From Macrostomum hystrix (taxonomy: Eukaryota > Animalia > Platyhelminthes): DNA of 64,000 bases. The position numbers and the translations under genes are program-made. The notes under the pieces are model-generated. The model ran no database searches. It was given only the letters and a program-made list of their open reading frames with translations, and was not told the DNA's origin. Positions 1 through 14,000 of this stretch are shown here, piece by piece (position 1 is the first letter of the stretch; each line of letters opens with the position of its first letter). The DNA lies in the NCBI GenBank assembly GCA_950097015.1, contig CATNEN010000012.1, forward strand, positions 434,001 through 498,000. The letters are read 5' to 3'.

Positions 1-252
1 GATTAGAAATTAGGCAGTAAAATGGGCTAAAAATCCACTGTCGCTATGCCAGACTGAGAATGCAGCCCTGTGACAAGCGGCAACCGTCTGCAACCTGTAG
101 ACCAGTAGCAGCAGCAGCAGCAGCAGCTGTTTTGTTCAAGTCTGTCTGTCTAACTGCCCATGCAATCTTGAGTGCTCGCTTTCATTAACAACTGTGTGAC
201 ACATTGAGAAGGGGGAGAAACAGAGAGTCGTCAGCCAGTCCGGTCAGCGACC

Positions 253-1664
<1,412 letters not shown>

Positions 1665-1849
1665 TCAGTCCTCTTAAAGCTGTACTTTTAGTATGAACTG
1701 TTGTCATCTGCATTGCTCCGAGGATATTGTTTAGTAGTTATTGATAGTTGGCTTTACCTGTTTAGGGATTTTCTTTAGGAATCTATATTGGAGCTTTACT
1801 CGAATATGTTTTTTCGGACTTCTCCGTTTGGTGGATATTAAGGCTGCCC

Positions 1850-1985
1850 TTGGATACTGGCTCCTAGGATTTCCCGAGGATACCGGCTCCTAGGATTTCC
1901 CTTGGATACCGGCTCCTAGGATTTCCCTAGGATACCGGCTCCTAGGATTTCCCTAGGATACCGGCTCCTAGGATTTCCCAGGGAT
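1850..1985. repeat. 23-bp tandem repeat
   Basis: GATACCGGCTCCTAGGATTTCCC-type unit, about 6 copies between RPS21 and NACA. Confidence 0.9.
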
Positions 1986-2237
1986 ATGGGATACAGGATT
2001 TTCCTTATTGGTAGATATTTCCCTACCAGTTTTCAAGCTGTTACTGATATTCAAAAGCGAGTCAAGAAAAAATAACAAAACAGAAAGAGAGTTTATCCAC
2101 AGAACTGCACACTCAGCGCATCAACAAGTATAATTAAGCTTTCATTTGTTTAGCAAACAATCGATTCCTCAAGGCGAATTATACTATTCCATCCGTTTCT
2201 TTCAGAAGCAATTAATTCAGTTGCTCATTTAACAAGC

Positions 2238-2495
2238 TCAGGCAGTGCGATTGGTCTCGTCCAGCTTAAGCAGAAACGGCGAAGTGATGTTGCGCTCGTT
2301 CGTTAGCTGATTGAGCGACATGTCGCTCTCGCCGCGACGCCGCACATCGCCGCTGATGTTGAAGATCTTCTTGCCGCCGGTCATGCGGCCGTCAGGATTG
2401 AGCTCGGCGAAGGCCAGCTGAATCGAAGCGTGATCCTTCGGGCCGATGATGCGCTGGGTGGCGTCGCATTTGCGGGGTACAATCGTGTGCTCCAT
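2238..2495 (-). CDS. RPS21: 40S ribosomal protein eS21, divergent, intronless CDS, 85 aa
   Basis: eS21 motifs VPRKC..T.RIIGPKDHASIQ and RRRGESD.SL; N-terminus shorter than canonical. Confidence 0.9.
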   Translation of the reverse strand: MEHTIVPRKCDATQRIIGPKDHASIQLAFAELNPDGRMTGGKKIFNISGDVRRRGESDMSLNQLTNERNITSPFLLKLDETNRTA

Positions 2496-3021
2496 GATTT
2501 ATAATAGGGCTGGCGGATGCTTGAGCTGCAATGCGAAGAGCATCGCGGCTTGGCTAGCTTTCGCTGTTTAAGCTAATTCGGCTTGTTGAAGAGCACTTGC
2601 TACATGTAAGCATAAGGCTCTGTTAACAGACTGGGCCATAATCGTAACAGGCTTCTCTCTAGCTATTATTTAGCCTCTACAAAATACTTCCAAGCCGGTC
2701 ATTACCCAAGAGGTCTTTGCCCTCTCTCCCAGTCACACAAGAGGTCACAGCCCTACCCTAGCCACTATCATTCATTAAAAACCTAATCGCAACAACTAAA
2801 TAGTAAATCTCACTAAAATTTACTGACCAGAAAAAAATAAATAAAAAACTAATAATAAAAGTTTCAATCCAATCGAAACCAGCAAGGACGCAACAGGGAC
2901 CTTGGATTTATTTTCCCTTTGCACGCATCATAATTTCGACAATCTTTGCAACGCCAGTTAAACTTTGTGCACAGGCCCACTAAGGCTTGTGCAGTTCATT
3001 GATCTAGTCGATCATAGGCCT

Positions 3022-3384
3022 TTATTCTCCCTCAACGTTGATGGTCTGCTTGCCCTTGAACTCTGTGCAGGGCACGTAGGTGACGAGGGTGTACAGCTTG
3101 TGAGCGCTGTCCTCGTCTTCATTGCGCTTTCGAGCCAAGCGCACCCGGACACGGAAGGGCACATTGCGCACGCCCTGGCTCCACACAAACTTGTTCAGCC
3201 TGGTGTCCAGCCGAACATCTGGCGTGCCCATCATGCGCTCGGCGAATTTCCGAATCTCCGTCATAGCGCGCGGCGCCCTGCGCTTGAAGCCAATGCCGTG
3301 GATGCGCTTGTGCAGATTGATGGTGTACTCGCGGGTAACCACGTCTTTTAGTGCGCTCTTCTTCTTCTCGCGACGCGGGGCCAT
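3022..3384 (-). CDS. RPL31: 60S ribosomal protein eL31, intronless CDS, 120 aa
   Basis: [26 protein letters not shown]...[47 protein letters not shown] is the eL31 signature; start taken at ATG 3384, downstream of acceptor CCTCAG| (3402). Confidence 0.96.
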   Translation of the reverse strand: MAPRREKKKSALKDVVTREYTINLHKRIHGIGFKRRAPRAMTEIRKFAERMMGTPDVRLDTRLNKFVWSQGVRNVPFRVRVRLARKRNEDEDSAHKLYTLVTYVPCTEFKGKQTINVEGE

Positions 3385-3559
3385 GCTGCTGCTACTAGGA
3401 GCTGAGGAATTTCGGTAAAATATCTTTAGTAAACACACTAACTACCATACACTAACATTAAGCATAGAAAACTTTTACTGTTTACTAACAATACTTATCT
3501 AGTCAAAAACTTTTTAATTTTTTTACTAAAAAACTTGCAATTTTCTCTTTGTACCTATG

Positions 3560-4470
3560 TGCATAGGACCATTTTTTGTTTTCTTGTGTACCTTCCCATT
3601 TTTTAGATTTGCTCTAATAAGGTCACATATCTAAGTCAGATTTTTAACATTGATATAACATTTAAAATCAAAAGATTTCAAAAGAACCAGTTCCCAATGA
3701 TATGTAATTTACAACTTAAGTTCTAAGCTCAACTTAAATATACCCTAAACAAAACTGATGCTCAATGAACTAATGATTAAATATTGTTTAATGATCATTA
3801 TAAAATATTTGCAAATTAATGAATTTTTGTTGTTCATAAAAACATATTAGACTATATTAACTGTTTTAGTATAGAAGAACCTATTACTCTAATGCAGTAA
3901 TAGGGAAAATCCTAATAGCAATTCAAATGAAATAGCAACAAAACAGTCATGAAAAAGTTCTAAAATAAAGTGAAAGCTCATTTTCAATTTAAAATTGACT
4001 TCACTTAAGTCTTTTTATTGATGCTAGACATAGCCATTTGGTCAACTAGGGTTATAGCATTTGATTCCTATAGATGGTCTGTCTATCAACTTTGCTTTGA
4101 ATAATAATAAAAAACCTTGTCTCCTTATTAACAATGCAATAAGCAAACATTATATATTATTACTATAAGACAATAGCAAATACACAATAGCTTTATATGC
4201 TATCTTGGGCCTTGAATCAGCTATTGCCAGCAAGCAAATAATTGCTAAGTATCAACAAAATGCATACATATATTATACATTTTATTACTATTAGGATAAT
4301 AGCCTTGCATTCAACTTTAGGCCTTATAACAACATTTGCTATACAATGTAGAGCTTTAAAAAGAGCCATAGGCATAAAAGCTTTTACAGTATACAATATT
4401 TATTAATTCTTACTTGAGAACTCAATATACTCAAATTTGTGCAGATACAATTGGCCTTACTTTGTAAAAT
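3560..4470 (-). mobile_element. Possible highly degraded piggyBac-like transposase relic
   Basis: Minus-strand fragments in piggyBac order: FYKVRP (4469-4452), GLKL (~4320), H.F(D)NFF-like (~3960), KKTK(K)W (~3580); many stops and frameshifts, spacing only partly consistent. Confidence 0.35.
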
Positions 4471-5025
4471 ACCAACATACTAACTATAAAAATATTTTTC
4501 TGCTGTTTAAATTAAAGTTCATTGTTTTAAGTAATATAATATTTAGTTTTAATATCACAATAAAATCAATTTAAAAAATGAAATCATAATTAAATTTACA
4601 TGATAATATAGGACTTTAAAACAAAGAATTTATAATTATTACATACATTATGTAATAACCCAAGGATTACATATCCTTGTACAAATTTTTGTAAGAATTA
4701 AGTGGCAAGTGCTACAGTTGGAAATTTTTTAATTGGAACTCTAGCCTATAGACTACAGTTCTGTAATTATTGAGGATCCTAGACACTTCATCATCTTACA
4801 ACTTCGTCATCCAGCCAATTGGCATGCTTTAAAGTTTGGTCAGTTTGTTATCTACTAATAATAAGCAATCAAGTTTGTCATCAATAAAGTGAGGGTGGGG
4901 TAGTGGGGCAGAGTTGTGAACACACTAAAACAGGTGTGTTCACACTCTAAATTGTCAAAAAGAGGTGTCAAAACTGATTTCATTATAAGAGTTAAAAGAT
5001 AGGTGCCAACATGATGTGAGGAGGC

Positions 5026-5254
5026 ATACATGCGCAACCTCCCAAATCTTAGCCGGCCATGCGACTTAGTTTTTGCTCTCATTTGCAACTTAGTTAGTTT
5101 CATTGCTCTATTTACGACTTAGTTTGCTCTCATTTGCTCTCTTTTTCTCTCCCCTTTTTCTTTTTCTTCACGCCTTCCTTTTTTGTCCCTTGGTCCCCCC
5201 TTTGATTTTTTTGCGCTTGGTCTATTGGTTTTTGCGACTTACCTTGCTTGGCCC
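5026..5254 (+). repeat. ~230-bp dispersed direct repeat, copy 1 (copy 2 at 6516-6745)
   Basis: CATACATGCGCAACCTCCCAAATCTTAGCC...ACCTTGCTTGGCCC present twice with few substitutions. Confidence 0.9.
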
Positions 5255-6515
5255 CCAGACTCCGGATGGTATACATGTACGCCGGAAAATTCCGGCGTAC
5301 AGAGGGGTCTGGCATACCCCGTTGGCGTACAGCTTGGCGTACACCCACCTTGGCGTATACCCATCTCTGGCGTAACGGCGTAACTTGGCGTATAGCGTTA
5401 ACGGCGTAACATGGTGTAAGGCGTTTAAAGCACAACATTAACAGCAAACAGAGGAATATTTCTCAAAATTCCACCACTCTGCAAACAACATCACGTCAAT
5501 TTTCAAAAGTGAAGTACTAGCAATTGCTTAAAATTTTTCTTTAAGCCTTTTATTTATTATTTAAATATACAATGTTTGAAAGAGAAAAGTCTTCTTTGGT
5601 AAATTAAATTTTTACCGTCAATACTTTGTTTAATATTGTTAATCAACATCATTTTTTCAAAATCAGTTTTCGGTCTGTCGGGACTCGTAAACTTAATAGA
5701 CTTTATAATTCCGTTAGGCCTATTCCGTCACCGTTGAAATTGAAATAGAATTGTTGAGTTGAACAATTGATGATATCATTGATATGGATCTTGATGCAGA
5801 ATCAACTGACACTGAACCTGAAGTAGAATTGATTGATGCGCAATTGATTGATTGACTTTGTCGGCGCAAAGCATGACTGTTAACTGCCTTTACTGTCTAC
5901 TGAACATAACTATTATTTTGCCAATTTGCCGTACATGCTTCCAGGGACGTCCAGTGTCAGGATAGGTGCTGTGGATTTCTGTGGGAGTGAGAACATAATG
6001 TAAGTGCAAATTTTGCTTGGCGTATTTTCGTGAGCGACATAAATCTGCTGGCGTACATTGGCGTACAGGAGCTAGGGAATCAAATTTCATTCTGGCGTAC
6101 ACCAATACACAATCCTGACACTGGCTTGGCCCTTGTTTCACCCGGCTGGTTCGGCCGGGCCGGCCGGGTGTTGTGCATGTATGTGAGGAGGGGTGTTTCT
6201 CTTCTAACTTTGAAAACTTTTGTTTTATATATGACGAAGTGTCCACAAGTCTAAGTCTCTTCATCATCCACCCTCTAAGATATTGGACAGATCATCATCT
6301 GGATAACAAAGTTGTTAAGATGACAAAGTGTCCAAGTGTACCATTATTGAACACTGGTCAAGATAATTATAGGCAAGCTAAAATTATAATTATGAATGGT
6401 GAATGTCATATAGTATATGTTCTATCTGGCTATAAGATAATAATTCTTTTAAGCAATAAAAATACACAAATAACATGGATCCTGGAATTTTGTCAATTTT
6501 TTGTCAAATGGCCTT

Positions 6516-6745
6516 CATACATGTGCAATCTCCCAAATCTTAGCCAGCCATGCGACTTAGTTTTTGCTCTCATTTGCAACTTAGTTCGTTTCATTGCTCT
6601 ATTTACGACTTAGTTTGCTCTTATTTGCTCTCTTTTTCTCTCCCCTTTTTCCTTTTCTTCACGCCTTCCTTTTTTGTCCCTTGGTCCCCCCTTTGATTTT
6701 TTTGCGCTTGGTCGATTGGTTTTTGCGACTTACCTTGCTTGGCCC
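6516..6745 (+). repeat. ~230-bp dispersed direct repeat, copy 2
   Basis: Near-identical to 5026-5254; the adjoining 6743-6795 also matches 6129-6183. Confidence 0.9.
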
Positions 6746-8184
6746 TCGTTTCACCCGGCCATTTCGGCCGGCTCGGCCGGGTGTTGCGCATGTATGATGG
6801 CCTTGCTTAGCAATGGTGTGTAGCAAGTGAATGTTTGTCAAATTGTTAATAATCATTTAGAATGTAAGACCTTTGTTTTGTTTTCAAGTTACAGATCCAA
6901 TTAATGGTTTTAAAAGAAAAAATCTGAAGGAAATGTTTTAAAATTCTTGGTCACTTTGTGAACTAGACAGAATTCAGATAAACCCATCTTGGTTGTGTCA
7001 ACTAAGATATTGGGATACCTAAAACTTTAAAGCCACAGTACATTTTAAATTAAAAAATGCTCATGAGTCATAGAAACTTAAAGAAGCTCTTATGTATGAA
7101 CTGTATGGATACGATATTTAGTAGATACAATGAAACAGATAAGAATTAAGCACACGAATACAACACGACAATATACGATACAATACAACAATGCTTATAA
7201 TTTACAAGAATCAAAAAGTGCCATGCCAAATGCAAATGCCCAATGGTGCTTTGCAATTTTTATAAATAATCTGTATGCATGATGTCATAATATTAACTGT
7301 TAGAGAACAACAACGATCATGTACAAGTAACATAATGAACATTTTGGAGAATTGAATACTCAGAAATATTACAGCGCTTAAAACACTAAGCACACTATTA
7401 AGTTTATTTCTTATGACTGACACATTCACGGGCGCATATTGCCGCAAAATGTAGTTTAAATCTGCAAAATAAATCTTCCAGTAGCTAAAACTATTTCTCT
7501 TATGAATAAAAGCATCTTTTTATAGCCTGGAAAACGAAACAAAAAGACATTTTCTTTGCTAATTATGTATTCGTCGTTATGCTTTTGTTTGAAATACCGT
7601 CGAAAAAACTAAAAGGATTCACGGTTTTTTTTCTGAAATATAGCTCTTGTAAGTATAAATGAGCTAAAATATATGCGAATTTTTTTCTTGATGTAGTAAA
7701 CCATGTTGCTATTTATATAATTTATAATCCTGATATTTTTAATCACTTCAGGCTGCAGATTTATCAAGCGGAGTTTAGAAAACGTCTGTCAAAAACGCAG
7801 AACTGAGCTAGCTAAGCATATGTCTAGAATATTAAGTATATCTATATATGTCTAGTATTAACTATATAGATATAGATAGATATATAGATATATAGATATA
7901 TATAGAGCTGCTGAGTGAATTCCGGTGAAACTCATGAAAATGAAAAAGCAATAGTTATTTAATTGCTTTATATTCGGTTCATGTGCATATTACAGACATA
8001 TGTTGTAAAAATTATTTTAATTGCAAAAAGTATTCTAAATTAAGCAGGTATGAATCGGGAAAAATAAACGTGAATATAAAAGGTAACATGTGCAAATTTA
8101 AATAGCAAGAAGAGCTTTAAAAATTGCCGCAAAATTACGAATGAGTGCATATAGATATAATTTCAAGGCAAAGATCTATTTCCT

Positions 8185-9339
8185 CTATTTCATTGAAAAA
8201 ATCTGTGCCTCCCGAGCGATGCAGCGCTTGATCTGCTCCTCACGGTGGGGCGTCAACGACTCGATGTCGAGCCGCAGCGGCATCTTGGCGCTGTCATATT
8301 CGCTGTAGAACGGAGGCGCCACCAGCCCGGGATTGTGGTACGCCAGAAAGTAGCACCAACACCAGCGTGATTCGACAGACTCGTCGTTACTCGTGGCAAA
8401 TATTTGATCAGCTGCCGTCGGTGGATCTTGCGGGGAATTCCCCAGTTGCTGTTCGTCTGCCGCCGCAGCAGTTAATAAGTCGACTTCGATGCGCTCCCGG
8501 CTGTAGAGAGTCGGAGCGGACTCGATGTAGTCTAGAAAGACCAGCGCTTGATGCGAGACGCTGAACAGCTCACCGTACACGCGCTGCATCATTTATAAAT
8601 TCGGGGAGGTTGTAAAAGCCTGAAATAAGCTTGGGTGTTTTAGAGCTTTCAGGAATTCGAATCGCGGGAGGTCTTGAGTTTGAAACTCAGCAAATATAAA
8701 ACTTGACAATTTTTCACGAACAAAAATAGTTGAGTAGAAATTTTAGAGTGCTGTGGTACGTACTGTACTGTACAGTACAGTTAGTTGTACTGCACAGCCT
8801 TTGGAATCGGCACGCAAAAGCTGCGGCTGTACATCTGGCCTAACTGAGATATTTGTAAAATATTGTTTCTATTCAATAAATTTTTACAAAAATGTTTCAC
8901 ATCCAAACCTAGAAGTGCAGTTTTTCTTGCTTCTGAATACTTCTACTTAAAGTAGCATTATGGGAACACTATAGTTGTGGGAATAAGACTGACGACCAAA
9001 ATTCCACACTTCGCTTAATTTGATAGCACAAGAGAAATGAAAGCAGCTAGTATAGCTAACCTTGGCGGTGTAGCAAATCTCGTTTATCATGAATGGCACA
9101 TTGTATTCCGTTGCTAGCACAAGTGGGTAGGGATACTTGGTGACTGCCCTGCCAACAACGCAGATGTCCTTGCCCATGTATTCCAATAGGCGGGCATTGT
9201 TAGGCTGTCCAGTCTTCAGCGTGCCGTAGACAAACACTAGCTCTTCACCTGCTGTGGGCAAGCTGTCGGCAGCTAAATTACTACCTGGCCGTGATGTTAT
9301 CGACTGCTTGCTTCCCAGGGCATTTATCAATGCATCCAT
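8185..9339 (-). CDS. GGACT: Gamma-glutamylaminecyclotransferase (AIG2/GGCT-like fold); exons 9339-9061 and 8583-8185; 5' end uncertain
   Basis: LVFVYGTLKTGQPN and YPYPLVLA.EYNVPF in exon 1; RVYGELF...FLDYIESAPTLY.R in exon 2; donor AAG|GTTAGC (9060) and acceptor ATGCAG| (8584) give the in-frame junction YTAK|RVYGE. Confidence 0.82.
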
Positions 9340-10275
9340 CTCGATGGGTCCTTATCGATGTGTCCTTCTCGATGGGTCCTTATCGATGTGTCCTTCTCGA
9401 TGGGTCCTTCTCGATGTGTCCTTCTCGATGGGTCCTTCTCGATGGGTCCTTCTTGCTGTGTCCTTCTCGCTGTGTCCTTATCTATGTGTCCTTATCGACG
9501 TGTCCTTCTCGATGTGTCCTTATCGACGTGTCCTTCTCGCTGTGTCCTTCTCGCTGTGTCCTTCTCGCTATGTCCTTCTCGCTGTGTCCTTCTCGCTGTG
9601 TCCTTCTCGCTGTGTCCTTCTCGATGTGTCCTTATCGACGTGTCCTTCTCGCTGTGTCCTTCTCGTTGTGTCCTTCTCGCTGTGTCCTTCTCGATGTGTC
9701 CTTATCGACGTGTCCTTCTCGATGTGTCCTTATCGACGTGTCCTTCTCGCTGTGTCCTTCTCGATGGGTCCTTCTCGATGGGTCCTTCTTGCTGTGTCCT
9801 TCTTGCTGTGTCCTTCTCGTTGTGTCCTTCTCGCTGTGTCCTTCTCGATGTGTCCTTATCGACGTGTCCTTCTCGATGTGCCCTTATCGATGTGTCTTTC
9901 TCGATGTGTCCTTATCGACGTGTCCTTCTCGATGTGTCCTTATCGATGTGTCTTTCTCGATGTGTCCTTATCGATGTGTCCTTCGAGAAGGAGATTCTCG
10001 CTGTGTCCTTTTGAATGTGTCCTTCTCGATGTGTCCTTATCGATGTGTCCTTCTCGATGTGCCCTTATCGATGTGTCCTTCGAGAAGGAGATTCTCGCTG
10101 TGTCCTTTTGAATGTGTCCTTCTCGATGTGTCCTTATCGATGTGTCCTTCTCGATGTGCCCTTATCGATGTGTCCTTCGAGAAGGAGATTCTCGCTGTGT
10201 CCTTTTCAATGCGTCCTTTCCGATGTGTCCTTCTGAATTGGTCCTTGTCGCTGTGTCCTTCTCGCTGTGCGAATG
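9340..10275. repeat. ~14-bp minisatellite (TGTGTCCTTCTCGC/A family)
   Basis: Tandem variants TGTGTCCTTCTCGC, TGTGTCCTTATCGA, TGGGTCCTTCTCGA; accounts for ORFs 9254-10346. Confidence 0.95.
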
Positions 10276-11059
10276 TGCGCTGCTTATATGCTATTTTAAA
10301 CTCATTTTCGCTTGTCTATAGAATGACTGACATAGACAGTTTGTGATAAATTTCGAATACAATTCGTAAAATGTCTCTTGTAGTTAGCCTACGCGTGTTA
10401 AAACGAGGTTGAAACTAACGGCAGCCCGCCCTCTGCTGTTGTCTGTGGACTGTGGTCGAATTCCATAGAAATGCACAGCGGGCGGGCCGTGAAACGCGTT
10501 GAGGCGTGTAGCCTATCAATATTGGTACATTTTAGTTGTTAGCCCCAAATAAACTTTGCTGAAGACAATCTGTTACTTTTGATGGCATAATAAAATTTAA
10601 TTGAATTGACATAACTGCTTTTTGCTAGACAATCCTAAGATGCCCTGCCTGATAGAGGGCTGAGAAATTACTAATTTACTGTTTAATTTGATTCAAACAT
10701 GCGTAACGAAGCAAAAACTAATCTCAGTGCGTCAGTCACAGACTCACAGCAGACCGTAGCTGGCATAATGCAGGCAATTTTGTCACTGTCAAATCTGTAT
10801 TAGGAACATTGCTGGACAATAGATTAGTCTAAGATGAAACTAACACTTACACAAATACCCATGCAGAGCTGCATGACAGCCTGGCACTGAGTGTCTTAAA
10901 AACGATAGGAGACCAAAATGAAAGTTAGCGAGAAATTGCAATAGATGAGAATTAGGAATATATGCGGAGACTATGGGCAGAGAGGGAGAGAAGACAAGGA
11001 TAATTGTATTAGAAATTGGGACATGAAGAGGACAATGCGGAGAATCGGATAAAAACGGG

Positions 11060-14000
11060 ACGAATTGACTAGGAAAGTGAAAGAATTGACTAAGAAACTG
11101 GGAGAATTGACTAGGAAACTGGGAGAATAGACTAAGAAACTGGGAGAATTGACTAGGAAACTGGGAGAATTGACTAGGAAGGTGGGAGAATTGACTTGGA
11201 AACTGGGAGAATTGACTTGGAAACTGGGAGAATTGGATTGGAAACTGGGAGAATTGGATAGGAAACTGGGAGAATTGACTAGGAAACTGGGAGAATTGAC
11301 TAGGAAACTGGGAGAATTGACTAGGAAACTGGGAGAATAGACTAAGAAACTGGGAGAATTGACTAGGAAACTGGGAGAATAGACTAAGAAACTGGGAGAA
11401 TTGACTAGGAAACTGGGAGAATTGACTAGGAAGGTGGGAGAATTGACTTGGAAACTGGGAGAATTGACTTGGAAACTGGGAGAATTGGATTGGAAACTGG
11501 GAGAATTGGATAGGAAACTGGGAGAATTGACTAGGAAACTGGGAGAATTGACTAGGAAACTGGGAGAATTGACTAGGAAACTGGGAGAATAGACTAAGAA
11601 ACTGGGAGAATTGACTAGGAAACTGGGAGAATAGACTAAGAAACTGGGAGAATTGACTAGGAAACTGGGAGAATTGACTAGGAAGGTGGGAGAATTGACT
11701 TGGAAACTGGGAGAATTGACTTGGAAACTGGGAGAATTGGATTGGAAACTGGGAGAATTGGATAGGAAACTGGGAGAATTGACTAGGAAACTGGGAGAAT
11801 TGACTAGGAAACTGGGAGAATTGACTAGGAAACTGGGAGAATAGACTAAGAAACTGGGAGAATTGACTAGGAAACTGGGAGAATTGACTAGGAAACTGGG
11901 AGAATAGACTAAGAAACTGGGAGAATTGACTAGGAAACTGGGAGAATTGACTAGGAAATTGGGAGAATTGACTAGGAAGGTGGGAGAATTGACTTGGAAA
12001 CTGGGAGAATTGACTAGGAAACTGGGAGAATAGACTAAGAAACTGGGAGAATTGACTAGGAAACTGGGAGAATTGACTAGGAAGGTGGGAGAATTGACTT
12101 GGAAACTGGGAGAATTGACTTGGAAACTGGGAGAATTGGATTGGAAACTGGGAGAATTGGATAGGAAACTGGGAGAATTGACTAGGAAACTGGGAGAATT
12201 GACTAGGAAACTGGGAGAATTGACTAGGAAACTGGGAGAATAGACTAAGAAACTGGGAGAATTGACTAGGAAACTGGGAGAATAGACTAAGAAACTGGGA
12301 GAATTGACTAGGAAACTGGGAGAATTGACTAGGAAGGTGGGAGAATTGACTTGGAAACTGGGAGAATTGACTTGGAAACTGGGAGAATTGGATTGGAAAC
12401 TGGGAGAATTGGATAGGAAACTGGGAGAATTGACTAGGAAAACTGGGAGAATTGACTAGGAAACTGGGAGAATTGACTAGGAAACTGGGAGAATAGACTA
12501 AGAAACTGGGAGAATTGACTAGGAAACTGGGAGAATAGACTAAGAAACTGGGAGAATTGACTAGGAAACTGGAGAATTGACTAGGAAGGTGGGAGAATTG
12601 ACTTGGAAACTGGGAGAATTGACTTGGAAACTGGGAGAATTGGATTGGAAACTGGGAGAATTGGATAGGAAACTGGGAGAATTGACTAGGAAACTGGGAG
12701 AATTGACTAGGAAACTGGGAGAATTGACTAGGAAACTGGGAGAATAGACTAAGAAACTGGGAGAATTGACTAGGAAACTGGGAGAATAGACTAAGAAACT
12801 GGGAGAATTGACTAGGAAACTGGGAGAATTGACTAGGAAGGTGGGAGAATTGACTTGGAAACTGGGAGAATTGACTTGGAAACTGGGAGAATTGGATTGG
12901 AAACTGGGAGAATTGGATAGGAAACTGGGAGAATTGACTAGGAAACTGGGAGAATTGACTAGGAAACTGGGAGAATTGACTAGGAAACTGGGAGAATAGA
13001 CTAAGAAACTGGGAGAATTGACTAGGAAACTGGGAGAATTGACTAGGAAACTGGGAGAATAGACTAAGAAACTGGGAGAATTGACTAGGAAACTGGGAGA
13101 ATTGACTAGGAAATTGGGAGAATTGACTAGGAAGGTGGGAGAATTGACTTGGAAACTGGGAGAATTGACTAGGAAACTGGGAGAATAGACTAAGAAACTG
13201 GGAGAATTGACTAGGAAACTGGGAGAATTGACTAGGAAGGTGGGAGAATTGACTTGGAAACTGGGAGAATTGACTTGGAAACTGGGAGAATTGGATTGGA
13301 AACTGGGAGAATTGGATAGGAAACTGGGAGAATTGACTAGGAAACTGGGAGAATTGACTAGGAAACTGGGAGAATTGACTAGGAAACTGGGAGAATAGAC
13401 TAAGAAACTGGGAGAATTGACTAGGAAACTGGGAGAATAGACTAAGAAACTGGGAGAATTGACTAGGAAACTGGGAGAATTGACTAGGAAGGTGGGAGAA
13501 TTGACTTGGAAACTGGGAGAATTGACTTGGAAACTGGGAGAATTGACTAGGAAACTGGGAGAATTGACTAGGAAACTGGGAGAATTGGATAGGAAACTGG
13601 GAGAATTGACTAGGAAACTGGGAGAATTGACTAGGAAACTGGGAGAATAGACTAAGAAACTGGGAGAATTGACTAGGAAACTGGGAGAAGTGACTAGGAA
13701 ATTGGGAGAATTGACTAGGAAGGTGGGAGAATTGACTTGGAAACTGGGAGAATTGACTTGGAAACGGGGAGAATTAGATTGGAAACTGGGAGAATTTACT
13801 TAGAAACTGGGAGAATTGGATAGGAAACTGGGAGAATTGACTAGGAAGCTGGGAGAATTGGATAGGAAACTGGGAGAATTGGATAGGAAACTGGGAGAAT
13901 TGACTAGGAAGCTGGGAGAATTGGATAGGAAACTGGGAGAATTGGATAGGAAACTGGGAGAATTGACTAGGAAGCTGGGAGAATTGACTAGGAAGCTGGG

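Noticed and set aside
9254-10346. Cys-rich ORFs of 218-351 aa
   Set aside because: Translations of the 14-bp minisatellite in several overlapping frames; no domain or frame preference.
12430-12580. Compensating +1 and -1 indels in the satellite as sign of frame selection
   Set aside because: Both are in homopolymer runs and equally consistent with sequencing error; the frame contains stops anyway.
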